Source: Desulfosoma sp. (GTDB lineage: Bacteria > Desulfobacterota > Syntrophobacteria > Syntrophobacterales > DSM-9756). From it: DNA of 64,000 bases. The stretch covers positions 1 to 64,000 of the forward strand of contig JBBFKW010000009.1 of the NCBI GenBank assembly GCA_037481835.1, written 5' to 3'. Positions 28,504-38,357 of the stretch are shown here, in pieces. The notes under the pieces were generated by a model. The model was not told the origin of the DNA and searched no databases. It worked only from the letters and a program-made list of their open reading frames with translations. How positions within the stretch are numbered: the first letter of the stretch is position 1; every line of letters starts with the position of its first letter. A program made the position numbers and the translations under genes.

Positions 28504-30495
28504 TTAAAACTTCAGGGCGGCGCCGACCATGACCGCCGCCCTGGGCGTGGAAAATCCGAAGACGTTTTCGTAGTCCGCATCCAAGATATTGGTTCCTTTA
28601 AGAAAAACTTCCATCTCCTTCAAGGGGGCCGCCGTCGGAATCGTGTAGGAAAGCGACGCATCGAGCACGAAGTAGTCATCCAGTTCCACGCGTTTCGGCG
28701 CCGTCCAATCCCGGTAGTCCGCATCGTCCCGGCGGCCCACATAGTGGCCCGTGAGGCGGCCGTGGAGTCCCCTCCAGCGGGAGTCCACCCAAGCCGACGC
28801 GGCCCATTTGGGCCGCCTCAAAAGCTTTCGGCCTTCCGCAAAGGCGATGGAATCCAGGCCTCCGTCGTCGGTCACTTCCGACTCCAAAAAGGTCATGGTG
28901 GCCCCGGCCGAAAGGTTTTCCATGAGGCGCCCGTCGATCCCCAGTTCCACACCCCGGGTTTCGGCCGCCTGGATGTTGTAAAAATTGGGCGTCCTTTCAG
29001 GCGGCGCGGGAAAGGGCGTGGGGACATAGGCGATGAGGTCCTTGAACCGGTTTTCGAAGTAGGTCACCGACGCTCGAGCCCTCGACCCCACCCTTTGGCT
29101 GAGCCCCACTTCCCAGGACGTGGCTTTTTCCGGGTCCAAGTCCGGATTGCCCAAGGTCCACGAATCGTTTGCATAGTTTTCGTAGAACGTGGGTTCCTTG
29201 ATCCCCTTGGCCGCCGCAAATCGCAGCGTGGTGCCCGTTTCCCGAACATCGAAGGCGACGGAGCCCCGAGGCGTTACCTCGGTGCCGAAGGCGCTGTTGT
29301 CTTCCACGCGAAAACCGCCCACAAGATGGAGGCGTTCAAAAAGCGTGACCTGTTCCTGGACATACACGGCGTTGTTGGAACGGTCGGCGCTGAGGGATGT
29401 GGTGTCGAAGTAGACCGTCTCCTGCGTGTAGTCTTCTTGGTCCCGTTCGTAACCCACCGTGAAGACGGAAGCCACGTTGGGCGAAAACCTCCACGAAAGA
29501 TTGGCATGATAGTCCAAAGTGGTTCGCGCCTCGTTGTACTTGCCGAAGGAGTCGGCATAATCGGCGGGTTCGTTGTACGGATCCACATTGCGGCGCCGAT
29601 TTTGATGGTAGCCCACGCTGAACACGTTTTCCCACCAGGGCGTGCTCTGCACGCGGGCGGACAGCCCCACCAGGGCGTTCTGTTCCTTTTGGGTCTGGTC
29701 GGGGTCCAAGGGGGAATACTTGTCCCCGGTGCTTTCCGTGGGATATTCATACCGGCTGTCCGTCAGGCGGCCGGTGAGAGTCACTTCCCACGTGTCTTTC
29801 GGGTAAAAATCGAATCGCGTGCTGAAGGTATTGTTCCAATAGTCATTGTTGACTTTGAGGATGCCTCCGTCGTCGATGCGACCGTAAGCGGCGGAATACC
29901 CGAAACGGTCCGTGCCGCCCGATACCCGCACCTTTTGTTCCCCCAGATAGCGGCCGCGATCCGATCGCACTCCGTGGGCCGTGGACACCTCAACGGCGGC
30001 GGGGCCGGAGCCGGATTTGGTGAAGATGTGGACCACAGCGCCGATGGCGTCGGATCCGTAAAGGGCGCTCTGAGGGCCTCGAACGATTTCGATGCGCTGG
30101 ATGTTGTCCGTGGAGAGATTCTCCCAATAGAAATCACCGCCGCCCAGGTTCACCTGAACGCCGTCGATGAGCACCATGGTGTAGTTCGGTTCGCCGCCGC
30201 GCGGGAACACGACCGTCTGAGAGCCGGGGGCCCCGAACCGAAGGGTCTGAAACCCGGCCACATCGCGGAGCAGTTCCGCCACGTCTGAAGCCCTCCGCGC
30301 CCGAATTTCCTCTTCCGTGATCACTGTGGACGACACACCGAGCATTTGGGCGGGGACGGCCGTGCGCGTCGCCGTCACGATGACATCGCCCGCCGTCCAC
30401 ACTGGGGCCTCCTCGGCGCCGGCCCGGACCGACCCAAACCAGCATGCCAAAACTACGGCTCCCCCGACAAGCCATCGATTCCCCCTTCGATCCAT
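28504..30495 (-). CDS. btuB: TonB-dependent cobalamin receptor
   Basis: VIVTATR, RIEIVRGPQSALYGSDAIG, GNPDLDPE, C-terminal Phe; directly behind the B12 riboswitch. Confidence 0.85.
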   Translation of the reverse strand: MDRRGNRWLVGGAVVLACWFGSVRAGAEEAPVWTAGDVIVTATRTAVPAQMLGVSSTVITEEEIRARRASDVAELLRDVAGFQTLRFGAPGSQTVVFPRGGEPNYTMVLIDGVQVNLGGGDFYWENLSTDNIQRIEIVRGPQSALYGSDAIGAVVHIFTKSGSGPAAVEVSTAHGVRSDRGRYLGEQKVRVSGGTDRFGYSAAYGRIDDGGILKVNNDYWNNTFSTRFDFYPKDTWEVTLTGRLTDSRYEYPTESTGDKYSPLDPDQTQKEQNALVGLSARVQSTPWWENVFSVGYHQNRRRNVDPYNEPADYADSFGKYNEARTTLDYHANLSWRFSPNVASVFTVGYERDQEDYTQETVYFDTTSLSADRSNNAVYVQEQVTLFERLHLVGGFRVEDNSAFGTEVTPRGSVAFDVRETGTTLRFAAAKGIKEPTFYENYANDSWTLGNPDLDPEKATSWEVGLSQRVGSRARASVTYFENRFKDLIAYVPTPFPAPPERTPNFYNIQAAETRGVELGIDGRLMENLSAGATMTFLESEVTDDGGLDSIAFAEGRKLLRRPKWAASAWVDSRWRGLHGRLTGHYVGRRDDADYRDWTAPKRVELDDYFVLDASLSYTIPTAAPLKEMEVFLKGTNILDADYENVFGFSTPRAAVMVGAALKF

Positions 30496-30560
30496 GGACC
30501 TCCTCCCTTTGTGCGGAATCCTTCAGACCATGTGGGGGCCCGCAACCACATGCTTGCCAT

Positions 30561-30590
30561 AAAAAAACCCGGGTTCCTCAAGAACCCGGG
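30561..30590 (-). terminator. Riboswitch expression-platform terminator
   Basis: CCCGGGTTCTTGAGGAACCCGGG followed by T7. Confidence 0.85.
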
Positions 30591-30663
30591 ATCTCCCTTT
30601 TTCATCCGGCGGTTTCTCACGGCCCCGCACCCCCCTCCCCGAGGGCACGGCCGAACTTGCATG

Positions 30664-30828
30664 TCGCAGGCAGGTCTTCTGACTCTCGGATCATCCTACC
30701 GGCTGCGCCTTCCCGCCTCCGCATGGAAGGCAGTGGCTGTGGAGCAGCTTTCGTTCCCGATTACAGCGGCGGGCCCGTTCCCGACTTGCACGGGATTCCC
30801 TTTTAAGCCTTGCGGCGCCTGCGCATCG
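30664..30828 (-). ncRNA. Cobalamin (B12) riboswitch
   Basis: Minus strand AAAAGGGAATCCCGTGCAAGTCGGGAACGGGCCCGCCGCTGTAA...GCCACTG...GGGAAGG...AGTCAGAAGACCTGCC. Confidence 0.95.
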
Positions 30829-30830
30829 CC

Positions 30831-30859
30831 TTGCTACCAAGCGGGCCTTCGCCTGTCAA
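30831..30859 (-). promoter_or_regulatory. Putative sigma70 promoter of the btu operon
   Basis: TTGACA-17 nt-TAGCAA immediately 5' of the riboswitch. Confidence 0.55.
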
Positions 30860-30986
30860 GATGGTATTCAATTCACGCAGCATTTTCGCATGAGGATGAT
30901 TTCCACGGCCTTTAGGTCCAGTCCCTTTAATTGAGTCCTTACCTTTTCGGGGGGCCTTTCAACAGCCTTCATGGCCGCACCCCATG

Positions 30987-31838
30987 TCACTGGGGAGGGG
31001 GGCCGAAGGCGTGTTCGGGGCCTGGAAAGGCGCCCGATTCCACCTCATCGCAGTAGCGGCGCACGGCTTCGTAGAGTCTTCGGCCCAGCTGGTCGTATTG
31101 CTTGACGAACCGGGGGACGAACCGGTCGAAGAGCCCCACGAGATCGTGCACCACCAGGACCTGGCCGTCGCAGGCGGCGCCGGCGCCGATCCCGATGGTG
31201 GGGATGGGGACGGCCTCCGTAATCCTTTGGGCCACGGTGGCCGGAATGGCTTCCAAAACCAGGCTGAAGCAGCCCGCCTGGGACAGGGAGACGGCATCGT
31301 CCACCAGCCTTTTCGCCGCTTCCTCGCCCTTTCCCTGCACTTTGAAGCCCCCCAGCATGGCGATGCTCTGCGGGGTCAAGCCCAGATGGCCCTGCACCGG
31401 GATGCCGGCTCCCACAATGGCTTCAACCTGCTTGATCACCGCGGCGCCCCCTTCGAGCTTGACGGCCTGAGCCCGCCCTTCCTTCAGGAATCGGCCGGCG
31501 TTTTCCACCGCCTGGGCGACGCTCACCTGGTAAGACAAAAAAGGCATATCGCCGATGACAAGGGCCCGCTGCGCGCCTCGAGCCACAGCCCTCGTGTGGT
31601 GGAGCATCTCTTCCATGGTGACCGACAAGGTGTCTTCATGCCCCAGCATGACCATGGCCAAGGAATCTCCCACCAGGATCATGTCCACCCCGGCGCGGTC
31701 GACCCACAAGGCCGTGGAATAATCGTAGGCGGTAAGCATGGTGAGTTTCTTTTTGCCCTTGGCCGCCATGATCCCCGGAACCGTCACCTTCGGTTCCCCT
31801 TTAACCGGTGGGCTTTGCCCCGTGCTCTCCGTCGCCAT
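30987..31838 (-). CDS. panB: 3-methyl-2-oxobutanoate hydroxymethyltransferase
   Basis: MLTAYD, LVGDSL, DMPFLSY, VKLEGG, HLGLTPQS, GIGAG..CDGQVLV. Confidence 0.97.
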   Translation of the reverse strand: MATESTGQSPPVKGEPKVTVPGIMAAKGKKKLTMLTAYDYSTALWVDRAGVDMILVGDSLAMVMLGHEDTLSVTMEEMLHHTRAVARGAQRALVIGDMPFLSYQVSVAQAVENAGRFLKEGRAQAVKLEGGAAVIKQVEAIVGAGIPVQGHLGLTPQSIAMLGGFKVQGKGEEAAKRLVDDAVSLSQAGCFSLVLEAIPATVAQRITEAVPIPTIGIGAGAACDGQVLVVHDLVGLFDRFVPRFVKQYDQLGRRLYEAVRRYCDEVESGAFPGPEHAFGPPPQ

Positions 31839-32757
31839 AGGTCAGCTCCCTGATTTTCACCAACTGCGTCAAAGTCCAGTTGACGGGGGCCGCAAGACCG
31901 AGCCTTCGGGCCGAGCGGACCACGGCCCCGTTGATGGCCTCGATTTCCGTCGGCCGACGCCCCTCCACGTCTTGCCGCATGGACGATCGATTGGATGCGG
32001 TGGCTTCGGCCACGGCCAAGACACGCTCCGTCATGTCCTCGGGCAGGGCGATCCCTTCGGCCCGGGCGACGGCCACGGCTTCGGAAACGGCCGCTTCGCA
32101 AAGCCTTCGGGCCGGATCCAGAGCAGCCACGCTGCCGTTGTCGATCCCGCACAAAGCGGTCACGGCGTTTATCCCCACGTTGACGCAGAGCTTATGCCAC
32201 AGAAGATCCCGAATATCGGGACGATAGGCGGCTTCAAGGCCTGAAGCGGAAAAAAGATGCAAAAGCTCCGCGATCCCGTTCGGGGGCGATCCCGAAAGGC
32301 TTCCAAAGAAGGTAGGACCCACGCCCCCGTGGCGCACGAGGCCCGGGGCGAGTTTCGTCGCCCCTTGGGCCGTCACCCCGACAAGGACTCGGTCCCCGCC
32401 CACGAGGCGCGAAAGGATTTCGGCGTTTCCCATGCCGTTTTGAAGGCTGAGAAAAAGAGTGCGGGGGCCGACGGATTGGGGCGAGACGAGTCGCAGGGCC
32501 TCTTGCGTAGCGTAGCTTTTGACCATGACGAGGATAAGATCGGCAGGCGGATCCCACGCCATCGGCTCGCAAGAAGCCTCCAGCCGAAAGGTTTTTTCCT
32601 CGCCGCTGAGTTCCTTCAGGCGCAAGCCGTGGGTGCGGATGGCCGAAACATGGACGGCATCCACATCCAGCAGAAAAACCGGGGCTCCGGCGGCCGCAAA
32701 GCGCGCCCCGAAAAGACTTCCCATGGCCCCGGCCCCGACGATCATGACCCGCATCAT
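31801..32757 (-). CDS. panE: 2-dehydropantoate 2-reductase
   Basis: GAGAMG, VKSY, LQNGMG, WHKLCVN, SSMRQD, TEIEAING. Confidence 0.93.
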   Translation of the reverse strand: MMRVMIVGAGAMGSLFGARFAAAGAPVFLLDVDAVHVSAIRTHGLRLKELSGEEKTFRLEASCEPMAWDPPADLILVMVKSYATQEALRLVSPQSVGPRTLFLSLQNGMGNAEILSRLVGGDRVLVGVTAQGATKLAPGLVRHGGVGPTFFGSLSGSPPNGIAELLHLFSASGLEAAYRPDIRDLLWHKLCVNVGINAVTALCGIDNGSVAALDPARRLCEAAVSEAVAVARAEGIALPEDMTERVLAVAEATASNRSSMRQDVEGRRPTEIEAINGAVVRSARRLGLAAPVNWTLTQLVKIRELTYGDGEHGAKPTG

Positions 32758-33158
32758 CGCCGTTCCTTCCCTTTGAAAATGAAGCCCGCGGTTCCTGCGG
32801 AGCTTATCAAAACGCCTTCCGCAAGATTCATCATGGAGGCTGGTTTTCTTCCACTGCATCGTCGTCCATGCCAGATTGGCATAGATCCTTTCGCGGGGCA
32901 AGGGCTCGGGACCTTTCGGGCTCTATGCCGATTCTCGGTCTTCGATCAAACCGGCGACACGCTTCGCAGGCAGGAGGCGCCGCAGGAATTGTGCAGCCAT
33001 CCTTTCAAAGGGGATCGTGCCGACCCTTGGACCAAGTTTTAAGAGCTATGAGTCCCCTTTGGGTAGCGATCTATAACCGGTGGGCGAGGTAAACCCTTTG
33101 CCAGGGCCGATCATCCAATAGGGTGTCACGGGCGAATCCTTTATGGGGAGGATTGGAG

Positions 33159-33500
33159 ATGAAAAAGATCCTGATCCTGGCTTTGCTGATTCCGGCAATG
33201 ATCGTGGTTTGGGCCGTTCCGGCGGCACAGGCTCACAAACCGAAACACCATCGCCATGACGTTTACCACTACGGCCCGCCGCCGTGCCCGCCGCCCGCGG
33301 TGGTCCATCGCTATTATCCATACGCCGGGTACCGGCATGTGCCGCCTCCGCCGCCGCCCCGAAGAGTCGACGTGTACCACCATCACTATTCGTGCTATCC
33401 TTACTGCGGATATTATCCGGCTCCGCGAGGGCCTTACGTTGGCGGCTACGTGGGCGATGCCGGATGGTCCTTGATTTTCGAGACGGGCGGCCGCTGGTAG
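33159..33500 (+). CDS. Small secreted His/Tyr/Pro-rich protein
   Basis: ATG after GGAG; signal peptide MKKILILALL...AQA; HKPKHHRH, YHHHY and poly-Pro tracts. Confidence 0.65.
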   Translation: MKKILILALLIPAMIVVWAVPAAQAHKPKHHRHDVYHYGPPPCPPPAVVHRYYPYAGYRHVPPPPPPRRVDVYHHHYSCYPYCGYYPAPRGPYVGGYVGDAGWSLIFETGGRW

Positions 33501-33557
33501 AACGTCTCCCACGGCGGCTCGTTCGCGCATGATGGACCGCTCACGGAAGGCGTTTCT

Positions 33558-34268
33558 GTGACTCAAAACATGGTGCCGCCGTCTCCCGACGACGCGCCGA
33601 CACCCGGCGAAACCCCCGAGGCCCGCAACAAGGGCAACGGGGCCGACCCGGGCGGCGATGAATTGGGGCTCATTCTCAAAGCCCAAGCCGGCGACCCGGG
33701 CGCTGTCGACGCCCTCATCGCCGCCTACCAACCCATGGTCTTCGCCGTGGCCTATCCCCTGTGCGGGTTCGATCGCGACGAGGCCATGGATGTGACGCAG
33801 GAGACCTTGATCCAGGTTTTTCGAAAGATCGGCCAGTTCGAAGGCCGTTCGTCCCTCGGGGCCTGGATCCGCCGCATCGCCGTCAATACGAGCCTGCTCG
33901 CCTTGAAACGAAAGAGGCGACGGCTCCAGTTCATCATCCCGTGGCGGCTTTTCGAAAAGAACGAGGACGATGAACGGCCCTTCGACATGCCCGGGGACGA
34001 CGGCGCCGGGGGGGACGACCCCCTGGAAGCCCTTTCGGCCAAAGAATTCCGCCGGGATGTGCGCAAGGCCATGGAAGGCCTTTCGGAAAAGCAGCGGACC
34101 GTTTTCGTCCTCAAGGTGTTTGAAGAAATGACCATCACGGAAATCGCCGACATGACGGGCATGGCCATCGGCACGGTCAAAACCCATCTCTTCCGCGCCA
34201 CGCGCGCCGTGAGGGACCGCTTGACGGCCATGGGCTACGGCTCGGATTCCGGGGGGATGACGCCATGA
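33558..34268 (+). CDS. ECF RNA polymerase sigma factor
   Basis: DVTQETLIQVF, FEGRSSLGAWIRRIAVN (region 2); LSEKQR, EIADMTG..IGTVKTHLFRA (region 4). Confidence 0.9.
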   Translation: MTQNMVPPSPDDAPTPGETPEARNKGNGADPGGDELGLILKAQAGDPGAVDALIAAYQPMVFAVAYPLCGFDRDEAMDVTQETLIQVFRKIGQFEGRSSLGAWIRRIAVNTSLLALKRKRRRLQFIIPWRLFEKNEDDERPFDMPGDDGAGGDDPLEALSAKEFRRDVRKAMEGLSEKQRTVFVLKVFEEMTITEIADMTGMAIGTVKTHLFRATRAVRDRLTAMGYGSDSGGMTP

Positions 34269-34969
34269 AAGGATGCAAGGACTTTGAAGAAGCTCTCATC
34301 CTGGACGTGTTGGGCGAGCTGGATCTGAAACGGCAGCCCCACTGGGCGGCACACGCGGCCTCTTGTGCCGCATGCCGCGCCGAACGGGAACGCCTTGCTC
34401 GAATGATGCATGACGTGAAAGCCGCCTCCAGCCCGGAGTCTCTCAGCCCGACGGAAGCCGAACGAATGAACGCCCGCATCCGGTGGGCCCTGAGCAACGC
34501 CGGTAGAGCCGCCCACCGTGAACGGAAAACGCCGTTCTGGAAAGGCTTTGGCCCCAAGCCGGCATGGGCCTTCGGTATCCTCGTGTGCCTTGTGCTTGCC
34601 GTGAGCGGCGTGCACTGGAAAGGCCCGTTCAAAGGGACTCCCGAGGCCGACCGTCCACCAACGGTCCTGGCGCCTCAAGCCCCGGAACTATCCGATCGGG
34701 CCAAAAGCGAAGAAGCCCGTTCTTCAGCGTCGACTGTTTCGGATCAGAAACTGGCCGCTGTGACGCCGTCAGCTTCCGAGATCGAAGCCGACCTTCCGGA
34801 ACAAGACCGGGAAATCCTTGAAAACCTCGACTTTCTTAAAGAGCTGGACACCATTAGAAAACTGGTCCATGTGGTGGACCAAGACTCAGATGAACCTTCA
34901 CCGCCGGATGCGTCGGATTCGGCCCATCAGCCCACGTCGCTGGATCCTCGGGATTCGTCCTATGCGTGA
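34265..34969 (+). CDS. Anti-sigma factor (zinc-finger HxxxCxxC, one TM)
   Basis: HAASCAAC, central TM helix, ATGA-coupled to the sigma factor. Confidence 0.8.
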   Translation: MKGCKDFEEALILDVLGELDLKRQPHWAAHAASCAACRAERERLARMMHDVKAASSPESLSPTEAERMNARIRWALSNAGRAAHRERKTPFWKGFGPKPAWAFGILVCLVLAVSGVHWKGPFKGTPEADRPPTVLAPQAPELSDRAKSEEARSSASTVSDQKLAAVTPSASEIEADLPEQDREILENLDFLKELDTIRKLVHVVDQDSDEPSPPDASDSAHQPTSLDPRDSSYA

Positions 34970-35465
34970 GACCGCCCTCATAAAGCTCGGCAAGAAATGC
35001 ATGAGAGCGGTTGCGGCGGTCATCGCCTTCGCCTGCCTCTTCGGCGCGGTCTCGGGAAAGCCGGACCCGGCGGGGGCGGCTCCCTTGCCCCGGAAATCCC
35101 AGGGGATGATCGCGGCTCCCAAAGCCGGCGCTCCGGCTCGGCCTTGGCCCATGCTCTTCGCCAAAAGGCCCGAAGGTCGAGAAGACGGATACGCGCCTTT
35201 TGCATGCCCTCGGGATCGCCGCGACGCGCCTCCCCAGTACCAAGAATGGCAGTCCATGCCCCCTCAGGAAAGAGACGCCCTGAGACGGCGCATGGAAGAG
35301 TACCGTAAACTTCCTCCCCAGGAACAAGAACTTTACCGGCAGCGCTATCGCCAGTGGCAGCAGATCCCTCCGGAAGATCGACGGCGTATCGAATCCGACA
35401 TCCAGAGGTGGAACGAACTGTCGCCGGCCCAACGGGAGGCCATCCGGAGACTCTTCAACAGGTAG
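34962..35465 (+). CDS. Periplasmic helical-repeat protein (DUF3106-like)
   Basis: Signal/TM segment then repeated W..LPP(E/Q)..R units. Confidence 0.7.
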   Translation: MRETALIKLGKKCMRAVAAVIAFACLFGAVSGKPDPAGAAPLPRKSQGMIAAPKAGAPARPWPMLFAKRPEGREDGYAPFACPRDRRDAPPQYQEWQSMPPQERDALRRRMEEYRKLPPQEQELYRQRYRQWQQIPPEDRRRIESDIQRWNELSPAQREAIRRLFNR

Positions 35466-35477
35466 ACGGGGCCGACG

Positions 35478-35915
35478 ATGAAGGTGCTACGGGCTCCCCG
35501 CATGGAACGCTGTATTGGATGTTATTCCTGCGCCCTGGCGTGCGCCAGGCTGGTGCACCGATGCCTTTCCTGGAAGCACTCGGGAATCCGCATCCGCAGT
35601 TCGGGAGGCCTCAGTACGGGCTTTGACGCCCAACTGTGCCTTGCGTGCGACCCGGCCCCCTGTGTCGCGGCATGTCCTACCGACGCCTTTTCCCAAAGGC
35701 CCGGAGGCGGCGTGAAAGTCACGCGAAGCGCCTGCATCCGATGCGGCGCGTGTTCTGAGGCCTGCCCGGTGGAAGCCGTGTGGATGGACCCCGAAACCCA
35801 CGAACCCATCGTATGCATTCACTGCGGCCGCTGCACGGCCTTCTGCCCTCATGACTGCCTGGAAATGGTGGAAGTGGGCGCAGGCGGACAAAGCTCCAAG
35901 GAAAACGCCCGATGA
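35478..35915 (+). CDS. Poly[4Fe-4S] ferredoxin-like subunit of AOR
   Basis: CIGCYSCALAC, CLAC..APCVAACP, CIRCGACSEACP, CIHCGRCTAFCP. Confidence 0.9.
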   Translation: MKVLRAPRMERCIGCYSCALACARLVHRCLSWKHSGIRIRSSGGLSTGFDAQLCLACDPAPCVAACPTDAFSQRPGGGVKVTRSACIRCGACSEACPVEAVWMDPETHEPIVCIHCGRCTAFCPHDCLEMVEVGAGGQSSKENAR

Positions 35916-37678
35916 AAGAGTCCTTCCGCGTCCTCGTCGTGGATTTGGAAACAGGCCGTGGGAAGCCCGCGGATTTCGGCGGCCCTCAGGAGCATCTCGG
36001 GGGAAGCGGTTTAGCGGCGGCCCTTTTCGAAGCCTACGGCGACCCGTCGGCTCCCTGGGACGATCCGAGGCAACCGCTCATTTTTGCCGTCGGTCCCCTG
36101 ACGGGCTATTTTCCTCTTATGAGCAAGGTTGTCCTGGGGTTCAAGTCGCCGTATCACGACCAGTACGCGGAAAGCCACGCCGGCGGGCGCCTGGCCCTGG
36201 CGCTGCGTTTTTCCGGCTATGACGCGCTGGTCGTTCGGGGGGTGGCCCCCAGGCCGACGGGGCTCAGCCTGGGTTATCGCGAATGCCACCTGTGGGACGC
36301 CCATTACCTTTGGGGTATGGACACTTTCGCCACGGGGAAATGGGTCCGAAAAATCCATCCCGGCGGAAGCGGCCATCGAAGCATCCTGCGCATCGGGCCG
36401 GCAGGGGAAAACCAAGTCCCTTGTGCGGCCATCAACGTGGACACTTACCGGCATTTCGGGCGGCTGGGCGGGGGAGCCGCCATGGGCCGAAAGCGGCTCA
36501 AAGCCGTTGTCGTCTCTGGGGACACGAGCGCTCCCGTTCCGGAATCCAAAGCCTATGCGGCGCTCTACAAGAGCGTTTACCAGGAGGCCGTGGCATCCCC
36601 CGTGATGCGCAAATACCACGACCTGGGCACGCCGGAAAACATCTTGCCCCTGAACGCCTTGAAAGCTCTGCCCTGGCGGAATCTGCAGGCCACCCATGAC
36701 CCGCAGGCCGAAGCCATCTCCGGCGAGCGCTTCGCCCGAGAGCTGCTCCTGCGACAGACGGCCTGCGCCGGTTGCCCGGTGGGTTGCATCCACATCGGCC
36801 TCTTGCGGGAACGCTTCGGCGAAGAACACGAATACCTGTACCGACAGGTGTCCTACGACCACGAACCGCTGTTTGCAGCCGGGCCCATGCTGGGCGTCAC
36901 CGATCCGGGACAGGTGCTGCATCTTCTGGAAACCATGGAACGGTTCGGCCTGGACGCCATCAGCGCGGGGGTCTGCCTTTCCTGGGCAACGGAAGCTTTG
37001 GAACGGGGCACGGTCAGCGAAAAGGAAACCCTGGTGCGGCTCCGCTTCGGGGAAGCGGACGCATATCACCACGCTGTGGAACATTTGGCGCGGGGCACCA
37101 ACGACTTCTACCAGGCCTTGGGCCGAGGGGTCCTTTCGGCGGCGGCCTGTTATGGCGGCACCGACTTCGCCTGCGTGCTCGGCCAAGAAATGGCGGGGTA
37201 CGCCACGGGGGAAGTGTTCTTCGTCTCCCAAGCCTACGGCTTTCGCCATTCCCATCTGGACAGCGCCGGCTACGCTTTCGACCAGAGCACCCCCGAAAAG
37301 GATGTGGACAAAGCCCTCGCTTTTCTCCTCGATGAAGAACGCCGGCGGGTGGCCCTCACCTGCATGGTGTCCTGCCTGTTCGCCAGAAAGCTCTATCCCG
37401 AAAACCGCCTTCAGGAAGCTCTGGACGTCTTGGGCTACTCCCAAGCCGCACAAGATCTGGAAAATCTCTCGGAAAAGGTGCGCTGCGCTCGATGGCGTCT
37501 TCGCTTTCGCACGGGATTCGACCCCGACCGCGTGACGGTGCCCCGGCGGTTTTATGAGCTCACCACATGGAAAGGCCCCATTGACGGCACCTTCATGGAA
37601 AGCCTCGCCGCCGCTTACCGTGGTGCGCTCCGACGGCTCGCCGCCCCCACAGCCTCGGGGCCCGAGCTAAAGACCTAA
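35912..37678 (+). CDS. Aldehyde:ferredoxin oxidoreductase family (W/Mo-pterin)
   Basis: KSP, ESHAGG, GYDAL, IGPAGEN, GRLGGGAAMG.K.LKA, CAGCPVGC, GLDAIS. Confidence 0.9.
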   Translation: MKESFRVLVVDLETGRGKPADFGGPQEHLGGSGLAAALFEAYGDPSAPWDDPRQPLIFAVGPLTGYFPLMSKVVLGFKSPYHDQYAESHAGGRLALALRFSGYDALVVRGVAPRPTGLSLGYRECHLWDAHYLWGMDTFATGKWVRKIHPGGSGHRSILRIGPAGENQVPCAAINVDTYRHFGRLGGGAAMGRKRLKAVVVSGDTSAPVPESKAYAALYKSVYQEAVASPVMRKYHDLGTPENILPLNALKALPWRNLQATHDPQAEAISGERFARELLLRQTACAGCPVGCIHIGLLRERFGEEHEYLYRQVSYDHEPLFAAGPMLGVTDPGQVLHLLETMERFGLDAISAGVCLSWATEALERGTVSEKETLVRLRFGEADAYHHAVEHLARGTNDFYQALGRGVLSAAACYGGTDFACVLGQEMAGYATGEVFFVSQAYGFRHSHLDSAGYAFDQSTPEKDVDKALAFLLDEERRRVALTCMVSCLFARKLYPENRLQEALDVLGYSQAAQDLENLSEKVRCARWRLRFRTGFDPDRVTVPRRFYELTTWKGPIDGTFMESLAAAYRGALRRLAAPTASGPELKT

Positions 37679-37925
37679 CGAACTTCCCCCCGGATCTTTC
37701 GTCCCTCTTCCCCTGAAAAGGGAAGATCTCTGTAAAGATCGAGCTCAGGGCGCCTGATGCCTGGACGTTCACCTTTCGTTGTCGCACCCGGCGCCATGCA
37801 AATGTCGGTGGGAATGAACGGGGAGAAATGGTCGGAGCCGAAAAGACAATCCGCTGCCACCCCTTCCCGATGTCCTTGACTCCGGGGGAGAAGGCCGAGC
37901 AGAGAACGGCGACGCCCGAAAAGTC

Positions 37926-38357
37926 CTACGGGAGCGGCTCCCCTTCGTAGGCCTCCACGGCGGCGCGGAGCCGCTCGGGAACCGGCACGGGGCGGCGGCC
38001 TCCTTTTTCCACCGCCACGGCCACAATCCGGCCCGTGCTGATCAAGGCATCGGTATCGGCTTTGTAGATGGCGAACTGGAAGGTGAAACTCGTTCGGCCG
38101 ATGTGCGTGATCCGTGCATGGACGTTCAGAACCTCGTCGAATCGGGCGCTCCCCTTGTAGGTGCATTGGGCTTCCACGTAGAAAAAATCGAAGCCGTCGT
38201 CCAGCATGGCGTCGTAGCCGTAGCCGACGGCTTTGAGGTAGTCCGTCAGGCCTTGATCGAAGTAAACGAGATAATTGGAAAAGAAGACATGGCCCTGGGC
38301 GTCGGTGTCCGCATAGCGCACCCGAACGGGGGTAAAGAATTTGTATTTTTCGCTCAT
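37926..38357 (-). CDS. Acyl-CoA thioesterase (hotdog fold, YbgC/4HBT)
   Basis: VRYADTDAQGHVFFSNY. Confidence 0.9.
   Translation of the reverse strand: MSEKYKFFTPVRVRYADTDAQGHVFFSNYLVYFDQGLTDYLKAVGYGYDAMLDDGFDFFYVEAQCTYKGSARFDEVLNVHARITHIGRTSFTFQFAIYKADTDALISTGRIVAVAVEKGGRRPVPVPERLRAAVEAYEGEPLP

Noticed and set aside
27832..30288. Long antisense or alternative-frame ORFs (this one, 23959-26052, 55094-57148 and others)
   Set aside because: Shadows of well-supported genes in GC-rich DNA, with no recognisable motifs.
30965..30976. GGCCATGAAGGC just after the panB stop (minus strand)
   Set aside because: Matches the 5' arm of the leader motif but has no complementary arm or T-tract; similar short matches occur by chance in coding sequence.
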